A stretch of 64,000 bases of DNA from an uncultured Trueperaceae bacterium (GCA_963799485.1 CAWCXJ010000006.1:32001-96000); one strand, 5' to 3'. Positions 9,244 through 20,166 are shown, counted from the stretch's first letter. The notes: generated by a model not told the origin, from the letters alone. Numbers and translations: made by a program.

Positions 9244-10684
9244 GTTTGCACGCACTGACTTTAAGCAGCTTATAGGCGGCTCATGGACGGACGCCCTCGG
9301 CGGCGGCACCTGGGATTTGCTCGACCCGGCAACCGAAACGTGTATTCAACCCATACCCTTCGGCGGTAAGGCCGACGCTGAGGCTGCCGTAAACGCTGCC
9401 TCCGACGCGTTTACGGCGTGGTCGCAAAAAACGCCCTACGAGCGCGGCGCAGTCTTAACGCAGGCGGCGGCGTGGCTTCGCCCCCATACCGACGACCTGG
9501 CCCGCATCACTACCGAAGAATCGGGTAAACCACTGGCTGAGTCCAAAGCGGAGTGGACGAGCGCGTGCGGGTATCTCGAGTGGTTCGCCGCCGAGGGCGT
9601 CCGGGCGTATGGGCGCGTGATTCCGGCACGGGTGGCGTCGCGCCGCACCCAAGTCATTCACCAACCGCTCGGCGTCGTCGGAACGATTACCGCGTGGAAC
9701 TTTCCGGTCTACAACCTCGTGCGGAGCTGGGCGGCGGCGCTCGCGGCGGGCTGTACGGTGGTCGGGCGACCTTCGGAATATACGCCGCGTTCGGGGATGC
9801 TGCTAGCTCGTGCACTTCAAGAGGGCGGTGCACCAGCAGGCGTTATCAACGTCGTTAGCGGCGACCCGGCGGAGGTCGCGGGCGTGCTGATGCGAGACGC
9901 CAGAGTCCGTAAAGTCGCGTTTACGGGTAGCCCCCGCGTCGGGAAACTGTTGATGGATCAGGCGAGCGAGACGGTGACGCGGTTGTCCTTGGAGCTGGGC
10001 GGTAACGCCCCGGTTTTGGTCTTTGACGACGTGGACGTTGAGCAGGCCGCCAAGTTAGCCGTGACCTGGAAAACGCGCAACTGCGGGCAGGTCTGCGTCT
10101 CGCCGCAGCGGTTTTACGTTCACGAAGCCGTTTACGGCGAGTTTACGGCGCGGGCGGCAGAGCACATGGCGGCGCTCAAAGTGGGCCGTGGGCTGGATGA
10201 AAAAACGCAGGTCGGGCCGCTGATCAATCAAACACAACGGGAGCGCGTTGAAGCTTTGGTCGCCCGGAGTGTAGACGCGGGGGCAAGGCTCGAGACCGGT
10301 GGCAGCCGCAAAAAGGGTAAAGGTTACTTCTACACGCCGACAGTGTTGAGTCACGTTTCGCCCGGTATGCCCGCCCACGACGAAGAGATTTTCGGCCCAG
10401 TGATGCCCCTGGTTCCGTTTAGCAGCACCGACGAAGCGCTAAAACTGGCGAACAGCACCGAGTACGGTTTAGCTGCGTTCGTCCTCACGAACGACCTCAA
10501 CACCAGCATTTTGGTAAGTGAAGGGCTCCAAGCTGGCATGGTCTGCATCAACGACTGGCTACCTGCCACGCCCGAAGCGCCTTTCGGCGGGGTCAAAGGC
10601 AGCGGGTTTGGGCGTGAGACCGGGAGCGAAGGGCTTTTGGAATATATGGAGACCAAAACCATCTTTACCGGCGGGGTGGTGTAA
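9236..10684 (+). CDS. gabD: NAD(P)-dependent succinate-semialdehyde dehydrogenase
   Basis: WNFP, FTGS, LELGGNAP, GQVC (catalytic Cys), EEIFGP, PFGGVKGSGFGRE; coupled to gabT. Confidence 0.8.
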   Translation: MTEFARTDFKQLIGGSWTDALGGGTWDLLDPATETCIQPIPFGGKADAEAAVNAASDAFTAWSQKTPYERGAVLTQAAAWLRPHTDDLARITTEESGKPLAESKAEWTSACGYLEWFAAEGVRAYGRVIPARVASRRTQVIHQPLGVVGTITAWNFPVYNLVRSWAAALAAGCTVVGRPSEYTPRSGMLLARALQEGGAPAGVINVVSGDPAEVAGVLMRDARVRKVAFTGSPRVGKLLMDQASETVTRLSLELGGNAPVLVFDDVDVEQAAKLAVTWKTRNCGQVCVSPQRFYVHEAVYGEFTARAAEHMAALKVGRGLDEKTQVGPLINQTQRERVEALVARSVDAGARLETGGSRKKGKGYFYTPTVLSHVSPGMPAHDEEIFGPVMPLVPFSSTDEALKLANSTEYGLAAFVLTNDLNTSILVSEGLQAGMVCINDWLPATPEAPFGGVKGSGFGRETGSEGLLEYMETKTIFTGGVV

Positions 10685-10725
10685 CCCTACAAAAACGTTA
10701 GACGTTCATCCGGTAGACTCGGCGT

Positions 10726-11682
10726 ATGAGCGTTTTACTTTTAGGATTTGCTGAAGACAAGTTCGACGACGACCAGAAAGAGGCGATTCGAGCGGCGGCG
10801 GGGGGGCTCGAGCTTCTCTACAGCAGAGATAAAGCCCAAATCGAAGCGCGGCTTGACAACATCGAGGTAGCAGTCGGGAGCTTTCCGAGGGATTTGATGC
10901 TAAAAGCGCCCAACTTCAAATGGCTCCAGCAGTGGGGCGCAGGGGCGGACTGGCTTCTAAAACACCCTGAGCTTGCCCAAAAAGATTTTACGCTGACCAA
11001 CGTTTCGGGGATTCACGAGATTCCTATCGGAGAGCAGATTATGGCGTACTTGCTGGCATTTGCGCGCGGTTTTCCGCAATCTGTGCGGGCGCAGGTGGCA
11101 AGTACCTGGTCTCAACAGAGCAAAACCTTTGAACTCGCCGGAAAAACCATGTTGCTTTTGGGTACGGGTGCGATAGGTGCGTACACTGCTAAACTCGCCG
11201 AAGCATTTGGCGTCGAAGTTGTCGGTGTGCGGCGGAGTCCAGAAAAAAGCGTTGAGCATATCGGCGAGATGGTTGCGTTAGCTGACCTGCACACAGCATT
11301 ACCTGACGCGGATTTTGTCGCCCTGACGTTGCCGCTAACAAACGACACGCGCCACATTATCGGCGAGGCTGAACTGAAGCTGATGAAAGCCTCGGCGATT
11401 CTGGTCAATATCGGGCGCGGCGGACTCATTGACGAACCCGCGCTGGTACGGGCGCTGCAAAACGGGACGATTGCCGGGGCCGGGTTAGACGTGTTTGAAA
11501 CCGAACCGCTGCCCCAAGATTCGCCGTTGTGGAAGCTGGAAAACGTCATCATCACGCCGCATATGGCGGGGGACACGCCGCATTACGACGGGCGGGCCTT
11601 GGAGATTTTCTTAAACAATCTGCGCCGTTACGTCAAGGGTGAGCCGCTGACGCATGTGGTTGATAAACAAGCTGGCTATTAG
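10726..11682 (+). CDS. D-2-hydroxyacid dehydrogenase
   Basis: GTGAIG, LVNIGRG, GLDVFETEPL, ITPHMAG. Confidence 0.9.
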   Translation: MSVLLLGFAEDKFDDDQKEAIRAAAGGLELLYSRDKAQIEARLDNIEVAVGSFPRDLMLKAPNFKWLQQWGAGADWLLKHPELAQKDFTLTNVSGIHEIPIGEQIMAYLLAFARGFPQSVRAQVASTWSQQSKTFELAGKTMLLLGTGAIGAYTAKLAEAFGVEVVGVRRSPEKSVEHIGEMVALADLHTALPDADFVALTLPLTNDTRHIIGEAELKLMKASAILVNIGRGGLIDEPALVRALQNGTIAGAGLDVFETEPLPQDSPLWKLENVIITPHMAGDTPHYDGRALEIFLNNLRRYVKGEPLTHVVDKQAGY

Positions 11683-11685
11683 TCG

Positions 11686-12411
11686 TCAGGGATGGATGAA
11701 GGTGCCCTCGCGTCCACCCTCGCAAACCCTCGCCGCCGCCCCGACCTTCCCGATGTCGAACACATGCAGCGGCAATTGGTAGTCTCTCGCCAGAATAAAC
11801 GCCGCCGGGTCCATCACCCGCAGGTCGCGCCGGATGGCCTCGTCGAAACTGAGCGTAGGGAAAAACTCGGCGTCCGGGTCGCGGTTCGGGTCACGGTCGT
11901 AGACGCCGCTTACGCCACTTTTAGCGACGAGCAGCGCGTCACACTCCGTCTCGAGCGCCCGCTGCACCGACGGATAATCGGTCGTGACATACGGCTGACC
12001 ATTGCCACCCGCAAAAATGACCAAGTACCCTTTCTCGAGATGTTGCAACGCTTTAAGCCGGATGTACGGCTCGGCAACGCTCGAGATGGGCATCGCCGTC
12101 ATCACTCGCACCTCTCTGTCAGTGCGGTTTTGCAGTACACTTTTCAGCGCGCCGCGCAGCATCAGGCCGTTAATAACTGTCCCCAACATCCCGATGTTGT
12201 CGGCTTCGGTGCGCTCGACGCCCCACCGTTCGGCGGTATTGCCGCGTAAAATATTGCCGCCTCCAATGACCACGCCGACAGAAAGCCCCAGCTCTGCCAA
12301 CGACAAAACTTCGTTGACGAGATGGCCTAACTTTTCCTCACTAAAGCCGAATCCGCTCGCGTCTGCGAGTGCGCCGCCGCTGAGTTTGAGCATGACCCGC
12401 TTGTATTTCAT
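11686..12411 (-). CDS. pyrH: UMP kinase (stand-alone, divergent paralog)
   Basis: KYKRVMLKLSG, IGGGNILRG, GNGQPYVTTD, GVYDRDP, LRVMD; GGAGG RBS; not flanked by tsf/frr. Confidence 0.85.
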   Translation of the reverse strand: MKYKRVMLKLSGGALADASGFGFSEEKLGHLVNEVLSLAELGLSVGVVIGGGNILRGNTAERWGVERTEADNIGMLGTVINGLMLRGALKSVLQNRTDREVRVMTAMPISSVAEPYIRLKALQHLEKGYLVIFAGGNGQPYVTTDYPSVQRALETECDALLVAKSGVSGVYDRDPNRDPDAEFFPTLSFDEAIRRDLRVMDPAAFILARDYQLPLHVFDIGKVGAAARVCEGGREGTFIHP

Positions 12412-12423
12412 CCCAACCTCCAT

Positions 12424-12447
12424 AAAAAAAGACGCCGTAAAAGCGTC
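12424..12447 (-). terminator. Intrinsic terminator / possible attenuator directly upstream of the pyrH RBS
   Basis: Minus strand GACGC-TTTTACG-GCGTC-TTTTTTT, then ATGGAGG. Confidence 0.65.
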
Positions 12448-12475
12448 CTCGAGTCCCGTAAATTGCCCAACCTGT

Positions 12476-12853
12476 TCATCTATTCGTCCCCGAATCGTAA
12501 CGCGCCGCGCGTACCCGCTGCACGACGGCTTCGGGGTCGCGCACGTCTACGACAACACGGTCGTAAGGCAAATCTTCAAGCTCAAAAATAATGCTTCGGC
12601 CCGTGTAGTGAACGCACCAAAACTCTCGTCCGCCCTGAAGATAAAACGTCCCCGCTTGAGTGACGCCGGGAATGCTCGTTCCGGGTGCGCGGACGACCTT
12701 CCACCAAGCTTGACCGAAGGTTGGTTGAGGGTCGGCAAAGACGCGAACGATGTTGCCATGCAAAAGGGTGAGTTGGCTCTTAAACGCCCAAACTCTGTCC
12801 CAGCCGGTAAGCTCGAGCCTCACCTGACTTGGGCTGACCATCACCTCGACCAC
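12476..12853 (-). CDS. Conserved hypothetical protein (possibly PH-like)
   Basis: 125-aa ORF with RAPGTSIPGV..AGTF; TATACT 6 nt before GTG. Confidence 0.6.
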   Translation of the reverse strand: MVEVMVSPSQVRLELTGWDRVWAFKSQLTLLHGNIVRVFADPQPTFGQAWWKVVRAPGTSIPGVTQAGTFYLQGGREFWCVHYTGRSIIFELEDLPYDRVVVDVRDPEAVVQRVRAARYDSGTNR

Positions 12854-12880
12854 GCCTAAAGTATAGCTGCTGACTGACCC

Positions 12881-12911
12881 AAAAAAAGAGGCGCAGCCAG
12901 CCGTGCACCTC
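12881..12911 (-). terminator. Intrinsic terminator after acyl-CoA dehydrogenase
   Basis: Minus strand GAGGTGCA-CGGCTGGC-TGCGCCTC-TTTTTTT. Confidence 0.7.
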
Positions 12912-12934
12912 CCCTTATCTACCAGAACAAATGC

Positions 12935-14287
12935 TTAGACAAACGCGCTGTACCCCGTCACGGCCCGTCCTACGACCAACGTATTGATCTCGTTGGTACC
13001 TTCATACGAATAGATGGCTTCGGTATCGGAAAAGTAGCGGGCAACGTGATGCTCCAACAAAATCCCTTTACCGCCGTGAAGTTCTCTTGCCAGAGCGACC
13101 GTTTCGCGGCAGCGTTTCGCCGTAAAAACTTTGGCGAGTGACGCCTGCTCGTCGCGCATCGTCCCGGCGTCCTGAAGTTGCGAAAGCCGTAGACACAGCG
13201 TCTGCATCGCCGTCACGTTGCCGAGCATCTGCACCAAGAGGTTTTGCACGAGCTGAAAGCCCGCAATAGGTCGTCCGAACTGTTGGCGTTTTTGCGCGTA
13301 GGCTAGAGACTTTTCGTATGCGCCCATCGCGCAGCCGACGCCTTGCCACGCAACCCCGGCCCGCGTCGCCCGGAGCACGTCGGCAGTTGTCCGAAATGAG
13401 TTGGCATTTTGCAAACGGTCGCTCTCGTCCACCCGGCAATCCGTCAGGGTGATGTGTCCGTTTTCCACGGCGCGCAGCGCGATTTTGCCCTGAATCTTTT
13501 CGACGCTAAAACCGGGCGTCTCTTTGCGGACGATAAAGCCCTTGACCTGATTGTCGGCCTCGTCTTTCGCCCAGATCACCGTAAAATCGCTGAAGGTCGA
13601 GTTGCCGATCCAGTATTTTTGCCCGTTTAGGATCCAACTGTCCCCGTCGCGGCGGCAGGTCGTGGTCATGCCCTGCGACACCGCCGAGCCCACGTCGGGC
13701 TCGGTCAGGCCGAACGCACCGATGACTTCAAAGTTACGCATTTTCGGGAGCCACTCGCGTTTTTGTTCTTCGGAGCCGCCCAGATAGATCGACCACATCG
13801 CCAGACCCGAATGGACGCCGAAGAATGTCGTCGTCGAAACGTCGATGCGGGCCATCTCCATGCCGATAATGCCCTCTAAAACGCTCGCATCGGGCCGCCG
13901 CTCGCCCTGCTCGTCGAACAGGGCGCTGATGATGTCCAGGTCTCTGAGTTTACCGATAAGCTGCTGCGGAAACTCGTCGCGTTGCCAGTATTCGTTGGCA
14001 ATCGGTTCGACTTCACGCTCCATAAAGTGCCGCACTTTGAGCTGTACCTCGCGCTGTTCGGGCGTCAGGAGCGCCGCAATATCGAAAAAGTCGCCGTCGA
14101 CTTCGGGCAATGCTTTGGGTTTTTTCGGGGCGGCGAGTTTCATCATCTGCTGCAAGCTGCGCTCGTCCATCGACGACACCATGCCCAGAAGCTGATTGAG
14201 GTCAACTTTCTCGGACAATCTAGCAACCTTCGCCATATCGACTTTGCTGGCTAGCGCCATGATCTTCGTCATATCTTTGATGGCCAT
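12935..14287 (-). CDS. Acyl-CoA dehydrogenase (glutaryl-CoA DH / ACX4-like)
   Basis: [44 protein letters not shown]. Confidence 0.9.
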   Translation of the reverse strand: MAIKDMTKIMALASKVDMAKVARLSEKVDLNQLLGMVSSMDERSLQQMMKLAAPKKPKALPEVDGDFFDIAALLTPEQREVQLKVRHFMEREVEPIANEYWQRDEFPQQLIGKLRDLDIISALFDEQGERRPDASVLEGIIGMEMARIDVSTTTFFGVHSGLAMWSIYLGGSEEQKREWLPKMRNFEVIGAFGLTEPDVGSAVSQGMTTTCRRDGDSWILNGQKYWIGNSTFSDFTVIWAKDEADNQVKGFIVRKETPGFSVEKIQGKIALRAVENGHITLTDCRVDESDRLQNANSFRTTADVLRATRAGVAWQGVGCAMGAYEKSLAYAQKRQQFGRPIAGFQLVQNLLVQMLGNVTAMQTLCLRLSQLQDAGTMRDEQASLAKVFTAKRCRETVALARELHGGKGILLEHHVARYFSDTEAIYSYEGTNEINTLVVGRAVTGYSAFV

Positions 14288-14289
14288 AA

Positions 14290-16161
14290 CTACCTCTCGA
14301 GTTCAAGAATATGTGCTGAACCTTCTTCGGCTTTACTGTGTCCGTAAAGTGCAGCAATCTGCGTGTTGTAACGTTCTAAGACCGGTTTACGTTTGACTTT
14401 TAGGGTCGGAGTCAGGAGATTGTTGTCGATACTTAGGGTATCAGTCAGTAGCAACGCGCGTTTGGCTTGCGACCATTCGGGCAGAGCGCGGTTGGCCTCT
14501 TTTACGGTGCGTTTCAAGCCATCCGCAGCTTCATCCGGGTTGGTACCGGGCGCTAAAAAGAGGAGCGCGGCGCAGTATTTTTCACCTTCACCGATAACGA
14601 TGGCGTATTCGATGTGGGGGGCGGCCTCGAGCGCTTCTTCCAGCGGTTGCGGCATCACAAACTTGCCGGTTGAAAGCTTAAAGACATTTTTAGAACGCCC
14701 GGTAATCCTTAAAAAGCCGTCTTCCGAGACCTCGCCCAGATCGCCGGTGTGAAACCAGCCTTCCGGGTCGAGCGCTTCGGCGGTCGCCTCAGCGTTGCCG
14801 AAGTAGCCGCGCATCACCTGTGGGCCGCGGACGAGCAGTTCGCCACCCTTAGCAAACCGGACCTCGGTACCGGGGAGCAGTTCGCCGACGGTGCCGGGCC
14901 GGTTATGACCGGGCCGGTTGTAGGCGATGATCGGGCTCGTTTCGGTGAGGCCGTAGCCTTGCAGCGCGGCAACTCCGGCTGCGCCGAAAACCCGCACGAG
15001 CTCGGGGCGCAGGGCCGCGCCGCCGACGATAACGAGTTTGAGCCGTCCGCCCATCGCTTCACGCCAGCGCTCAAACACGAGTTTGGCGGCGGCGCGGTGT
15101 TGGGTGCTGTAAAACGTGTTGCTCAAGATATTTCCTGAAGGGGTGCTTTCCTCGGGTTCATAGCGCCGTGCAAGCGACATCGCCCAGTCGAAAATGGGTT
15201 TTTGGACGCCGCTCAGCTCGGCCCCGGCTTTTAAGATGCCCTCGTAAACGCGCTCCAGAACCCTCGGCACGGTTGCAAAGGTCGTCGGTTGCACCTCTTT
15301 TAAGTGGTCGCGAAGTTTGTCCGGGGTGGTAAAATACACCGCCGTACCCCACGCCAGATAGCCGTAGTGCAGCGTCCGGGCAAAGATATGCGTCAGCGGC
15401 AAAAACGATAGGGCGGTCTCTTGTCCGCGTTTAAGCTCAAGAATTCCCGCAAAGGCCGCCATCACGTTTGAGGAGATGTTTTCGTGCGTGAGCATCACGC
15501 CTTTGGGCGCCCCGGTCGTACCGGAAGTGTAGATGATGGTGGCGAGGTCGCCTGCCCGAACGCTCTGCCGGAGCGCTTTGCCCGCGTCCGCTGAGGCCTC
15601 TAGGAGCGTTTTGCCTCTTGTTATCAAAGTACCAAACGAGACAAAGCCCAGACCTTCGGGGGGTTGAGCCGCGCCCAGACTACGGATGACAACGGTGCGA
15701 ACGGCGGTGCCGTCCAGCATCGGCAACACAGTTTCCAGCAGGCCGGTGTCCGAAACGACGAGGACGCGCGCTTGTGTCTCTTGCAAGATAAACCGAACCG
15801 CGTCCGCACTCTGCGTCAGGTAAATCGGGACGCTGACGAGCCCTGCCATCAAGCAGGCCATATCGGGCAGGCAAAACGAGAGGTCGCTGTGAGTAAAAAA
15901 CGCGACGCGTTCACCTGCCTCAAGACCCATGTCACGCAGGGCGAGCGCCAATGCTTCGGCCTGGGTACGGAAGTCTTCGCTCGAGACACTTCTCCAGCCC
16001 GTTTCGCTCAGCTCGTTAAAGGCTTTTGGGTTCGGGTTGTTCGTACAAGCCTCGTCGAGCAGCGAGGGAAGCGTCCGGCCCAAAACGACCCGCCCGGTCG
16101 TAGCGGTATAGACGGGCTGAAAAGCTGGCGGCGTCGCCGCGTTAAGCGGGGCTACGGTCAT
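14290..16161 (-). CDS. Long-chain fatty acid--CoA ligase (AMP-dependent synthetase)
   Basis: [40 protein letters not shown]. Confidence 0.9.
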   Translation of the reverse strand: MTVAPLNAATPPAFQPVYTATTGRVVLGRTLPSLLDEACTNNPNPKAFNELSETGWRSVSSEDFRTQAEALALALRDMGLEAGERVAFFTHSDLSFCLPDMACLMAGLVSVPIYLTQSADAVRFILQETQARVLVVSDTGLLETVLPMLDGTAVRTVVIRSLGAAQPPEGLGFVSFGTLITRGKTLLEASADAGKALRQSVRAGDLATIIYTSGTTGAPKGVMLTHENISSNVMAAFAGILELKRGQETALSFLPLTHIFARTLHYGYLAWGTAVYFTTPDKLRDHLKEVQPTTFATVPRVLERVYEGILKAGAELSGVQKPIFDWAMSLARRYEPEESTPSGNILSNTFYSTQHRAAAKLVFERWREAMGGRLKLVIVGGAALRPELVRVFGAAGVAALQGYGLTETSPIIAYNRPGHNRPGTVGELLPGTEVRFAKGGELLVRGPQVMRGYFGNAEATAEALDPEGWFHTGDLGEVSEDGFLRITGRSKNVFKLSTGKFVMPQPLEEALEAAPHIEYAIVIGEGEKYCAALLFLAPGTNPDEAADGLKRTVKEANRALPEWSQAKRALLLTDTLSIDNNLLTPTLKVKRKPVLERYNTQIAALYGHSKAEEGSAHILELER

Positions 16162-16282
16162 GCAGTCTCCTTAACAGACAATCTCCTCGAACCAGATGAG
16201 TTCATTGTAGCGCACTTTCCTTTGTAAGCAGGTACACCGTGAAGAAAAGCTAAAGGCCCTACCGGTTACCGCTCCCACCGGC

Positions 16283-17509
16283 CTAACGGCTCCAGAAGGG
16301 CATCTCGCCGTCGGCGAGGACGGCGGGTTCTCCGGTCAGCGGAACCACGACGATTTTTGAACCGCCTTCACTTGACATCGGCAAAACGAGGGCCGTAGAG
16401 TCGGGCGACCAGACGCTATGGCTGAGCGCGTACTGGTCGAAAAAAGGCAAGAACTGGTCGATAAACAGGGGTGTGGGCGTAAAGGCGCTGAGCAAACGGT
16501 CTTCGCCGGTTTCAACGTCGACGACGCGCAGCTCGAGTAGAGGTATATCCTGCGCTACACGCACACCAACTTTTACGGCGCTCGGTGTGCCTATATCCGT
16601 AACGTCCCCGTCGTTCCGGCGTAGCGGCGCGATGTAAGCGATGTATTTGCCGTCCGGCGACCAGAAAAAAGCGATGACAGTCGTTTCGACGAGCGGGGTG
16701 AGGTCGCCGGTTTTGGCGTCTAACAGGCGAATCGGGCCGTAAGGGAGCCCTGTAGCGACAGGCGGGTTCATAACGGCGAGCTGGTCGGCGGCGGGGCTCC
16801 ACGACAAGACGCTGAAACCTTCGTAGGGGAGTTCGCGGCGAACCTCGGCGTTCTCCGGGGTGCTGCCTGCCAACACGGTGCGGGTAGCGCCCCCGCTGAG
16901 TTCGGCGTAGGCGAGATAGTCGCCGCTGGCGGAAAGCCCCGGTGCGTTGAATAGCCCCGGCGTAGCGAGCGGGTCGCCGGTCGGCCCGGTCAGCGAGTAG
17001 AGCGCGAGTTCGCCGCTGTCCAAAACGCCGGTGTGAACGAGCAGACCGTCTGAATCTCTGCTCCACTGCCAGTAGAGCGGGGTGCCGGACGCGACTTTTT
17101 GAGTGTCCTGTGCGTCATTCCTCCCGGTAGATGCGACCTGAAGCTCGAGTCCACCCTCACCCTGCGCCAAAAAGCCGACTTTTTCTCCGTCCGGCGACCA
17201 GTAGAGGTAAATCGCCGGGTTCTCGTAGAGTGTTTGAACCTCGGCGTCGGCGCGGTCTTCCACCGTAAAAACGCCGCTCCCCTCGGCGCTCGCCCCAATC
17301 ACGGCGACGTCGTTGCCGGCAGGCGACCACGCCGGAAACTGATACCGGCGGCCTTCCGGCGTCAGGGTACGCGAGTCGGTGCCGTCCGGCGCAACGGTGA
17401 CGAGCTGTCCGTCGGGGTTGATAAACGCAATGCGCTGCGCGGCTGCGCCCGTAACGAGGAGCAGGAACGCCAGCGGGGCCGCCCGTAAAAGAGATAAAAC
17501 AGGGTTCAT
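16283..17509 (-). CDS. Secreted TolB-like beta-propeller protein (PD40 repeats)
   Basis: Signal peptide ending AAA-Q; repeated WSPDG/WSPAG motifs. Confidence 0.75.
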   Translation of the reverse strand: MNPVLSLLRAAPLAFLLLVTGAAAQRIAFINPDGQLVTVAPDGTDSRTLTPEGRRYQFPAWSPAGNDVAVIGASAEGSGVFTVEDRADAEVQTLYENPAIYLYWSPDGEKVGFLAQGEGGLELQVASTGRNDAQDTQKVASGTPLYWQWSRDSDGLLVHTGVLDSGELALYSLTGPTGDPLATPGLFNAPGLSASGDYLAYAELSGGATRTVLAGSTPENAEVRRELPYEGFSVLSWSPAADQLAVMNPPVATGLPYGPIRLLDAKTGDLTPLVETTVIAFFWSPDGKYIAYIAPLRRNDGDVTDIGTPSAVKVGVRVAQDIPLLELRVVDVETGEDRLLSAFTPTPLFIDQFLPFFDQYALSHSVWSPDSTALVLPMSSEGGSKIVVVPLTGEPAVLADGEMPFWSR

Positions 17510-17686
17510 ATTCTAGAGTAGCAGCGCTGAGCCGGAGAAACTAGGGGCTGGGGCGTAGGTCTTTTGCTAATGTCGGGCTTAGGCCACCCTACAGATGGGC
17601 AACTCTTTGCACCCTGTAACGTGCAGGCAAAGCTGGCCCGGAAAGCTCGCGCGCCACCCCGAATTTCTGTGAAAAGCTTTTGGCTT

Positions 17687-18481
17687 TTACGGCGCGTCTG
17701 CCAGCGGGTCGGGGTAGCGAAACCCAAAGCCCAGGTGTGTCCCCAAGGCTTCGCTGCTGACGCGCTTGTACCCCTGAAGATGCGGCTCGACAAAGTGCGG
17801 CGGCGCTAACCCCAAACGCTCGGCCTGACGGGTATAGACCTCTCGCCGGGTCGGGTGCTGCGGCGCGCAGACGTTCAAGGTGACGCCCCTGACGCCGCGT
17901 TCGATTACCGCTAGAAGCACGTTCAGCACATCGTCTTGGTGAACCAAGTTGACCGGCGCACTGCCCCCTGAAACGTCACGTCCGGCTAAGCGGCGGCCCG
18001 GTTGCCGGTCGTAACCGTAAAGTCCGGCGAGGCGCAAGACAGTGGCGTTTCTGCGCCGTAAAAGTGTTTCAGCCGCTAGGATGGCCCGCCCCGACGCGCT
18101 GATGTTACCGCCCGCATCGGCTTCGGTGACGGTGCGGCCCAGGTCGGGATAAACCGAGGTCGAACCGGTGAAGATGACTTGTGTGGTTTCAGGTGTGGCA
18201 GCCAAAATAGCGGCGATCTGGGCCGGGTAACGCGTTTCTACATCCGGTTTACGGCGTCCGGGGGGCAGGGTGATGACGAGGGCGTCGGCGTCGAAAAACC
18301 CCTCAGCGTTTCCGGTCAGGGTGGGGGAAAGCTCGAGCCTGTATCCCTCAATTCCTGCTTCGGCTAAAACCCCTAGCTTCTCAGCGTGCGTGACCGAACC
18401 CCGGACGTTGTAACCGCGCGAAGCGAGTTCCGCGCCGAGCGGCAAGCCCAACCAGCCGCACCCCAAAATGCTGATGTTCAC
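17687..18481 (-). CDS. NAD-dependent epimerase/atypical SDR (YeeZ-like)
   Basis: ILGCGWLG, STSVY, LRLAGLYG, VNLVH. Confidence 0.8.
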   Translation of the reverse strand: MNISILGCGWLGLPLGAELASRGYNVRGSVTHAEKLGVLAEAGIEGYRLELSPTLTGNAEGFFDADALVITLPPGRRKPDVETRYPAQIAAILAATPETTQVIFTGSTSVYPDLGRTVTEADAGGNISASGRAILAAETLLRRRNATVLRLAGLYGYDRQPGRRLAGRDVSGGSAPVNLVHQDDVLNVLLAVIERGVRGVTLNVCAPQHPTRREVYTRQAERLGLAPPHFVEPHLQGYKRVSSEALGTHLGFGFRYPDPLADAP

Positions 18482-18495
18482 CCTAGTTCACACGC

Positions 18496-18843
18496 TTAAC
18501 TACGCCGTAACTCGGTTTTGGCGGCTTTTTCGGCAAACTCGCGGGCGAAGTGTTTGATGTCCGACATGATTTCATCGTTGTTGGTAGCGTTTTTGTAGGT
18601 GTCGGCGAGGGTTAAAAGCGTCTGAAAAAAGAAATCGTTCATGTCTTCGACGCTCATCTCTTTCGTCCACAAGTCGATACGCAGCGAGTTGCGTTCTCCG
18701 GCGTCCCAGAGCGCTAAAATCATCGCGCGGGCGTCTTGTTCACCGGGGCTCGGCGCGTCGGTCGCGCTCCAGCGAATAGAATCGATGTCGTTTCTGGCGT
18801 CGCGCACAACGCGGACATGAATATCTGCAGAATTCTGGCTCAT
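18496..18843 (-). CDS. gldC: Gliding motility protein GldC family
   Basis: LALWD...SLRIDLWTKEMSVEDM..FFFQTL...ADT...AT matches the GldC pattern as recalled; TATGAT 6 nt before ATG. Confidence 0.75.
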   Translation of the reverse strand: MSQNSADIHVRVVRDARNDIDSIRWSATDAPSPGEQDARAMILALWDAGERNSLRIDLWTKEMSVEDMNDFFFQTLLTLADTYKNATNNDEIMSDIKHFAREFAEKAAKTELRRS

Positions 18844-18882
18844 AAGGGCATCATACCGAGCGCCTTCGGTTAAACTCGAGCC

Positions 18883-20138
18883 GTGATAAACCATAAGGCC
18901 GAAGTGCTGCTCCGTGAGGCGTTTCAGGTTGCGCTGCTAGCGGCAGACCCGGCGCGCGCCCTGAGCGCTTATCTGCCCCCGCCACCCGAAGGTCGGTTGG
19001 TCATCGTCGGCGCGGGCAAAGCGGCGGCGGCGATGGCCCAAGCCACAGAAACGTTTTACGGCGCGCGTTATCCAAAAGTGAGGCTCGAGGGTCTCGTCAT
19101 CACCCGCTACGGACACAGCGTCCCAACTGAACGCATCCGCGTGGTAGAAGCGGCGCATCCCGTTCCCGACGCGGCAGGCGTGGCGGCAACCGAGGAGATT
19201 TTGGCGCTTGCTGAGGGTTTGGGCGAAGACGACCTGCTGGTCTGCCTTATCTCCGGCGGCGGTTCGGCGCTGCTGTGTGCGCCGGACGGTGTGACGCTCT
19301 CAGAAAAAGCGGCGCTGACCCAGAAGCTTGTTGCGTTCCGGGGCGGACATCACCGAGATGAACGCGGTGCGGAAGCACCTCTCTAAAGTCAAAGGCGGCG
19401 GGCTCGCTAAAGCGGCCTTTCCCGCAGGAGTCGTCTCACTCATCGTTTCAGATGTTGCCGGGGACGACCTGAGTGTTATCGCGTCGGGGCCGACGGTGCC
19501 TGACGCCAGCACGCTCGCTGAGGCCAAGACGGTTTTCGGCGGTACGGCTTGGAAATCGCCCACACTTTAGCAGCGCCTCCGAAACCCCCAAACCCGGCGA
19601 CCCCATCTTTGAGCGCGTAGCAAACCAGCTCGTCGTCTCGGCCCAAGGGATGCTTGCGGCAACCGCAGCATTTTTTCGCGACCGGGGTATTGCGCCGCTG
19701 ATTTTAAGCGAATCGGTCACAGGTGAGGCGCGTGAAATTGCCAAAATGCACGCGGCAGTGGCGCGGCAAATCCGGACGCACGGGCAACCTTTAGCGCCGC
19801 CGTGTGTGCTTCTTTCCGGTGGTGAGACGACGGTTACGGTGCGCGGCAACGGGCGGGGTGGGCGTAACTGCGAGTTTGCGCTGTCGCTGTCGCTTGAGTT
19901 GAACGGACTCGAGGAGGTTTACGCGCTCGCCGCCGACACCGACGGCATCGATGGGGACACGGGCGCAGCCGGGGCACTCGTCACACCGCAAACGCTCGCT
20001 GCTATAGGCCGCGCCGAAGCGCGCCGTCACCTGGACAGCAACGACGCCTACAGCTTTTTTGAACGTGCAGGCGGCCTCATCCGTACCGGGCCGACGCTGA
20101 CGAATGTCAACGATGTGCGGCTGGTCTTGGTTCTCTAG
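18883..20138 (+). pseudogene. Glycerate kinase (MOFRL/TtuD-like), split by frameshifts
   Basis: GAGKAA, AAHPVPD, LISGGGSAL / SDVAGDD..IASGPT / GGETTV, GGRN, DTDGIDG, TNVND lie in three frames; breaks near 19325-19335 and 19530-19565. Confidence 0.85.
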
Positions 20139-20166
20139 CGGCTCGAGCGTGCAGCAGCTTGCCTTC

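Noticed and set aside
12424..12475. PyrR-binding attenuator ahead of pyrH
   Set aside because: The PyrR consensus (ARUCCAGAGAGGYU-like) is absent; kept only as a generic attenuator hypothesis
19328..19570. Programmed ribosomal frameshifting in glycerate kinase or clcA
   Set aside because: Multiple indels, no slippery heptamer at the breaks, no precedent that I know of; error or decay is simpler
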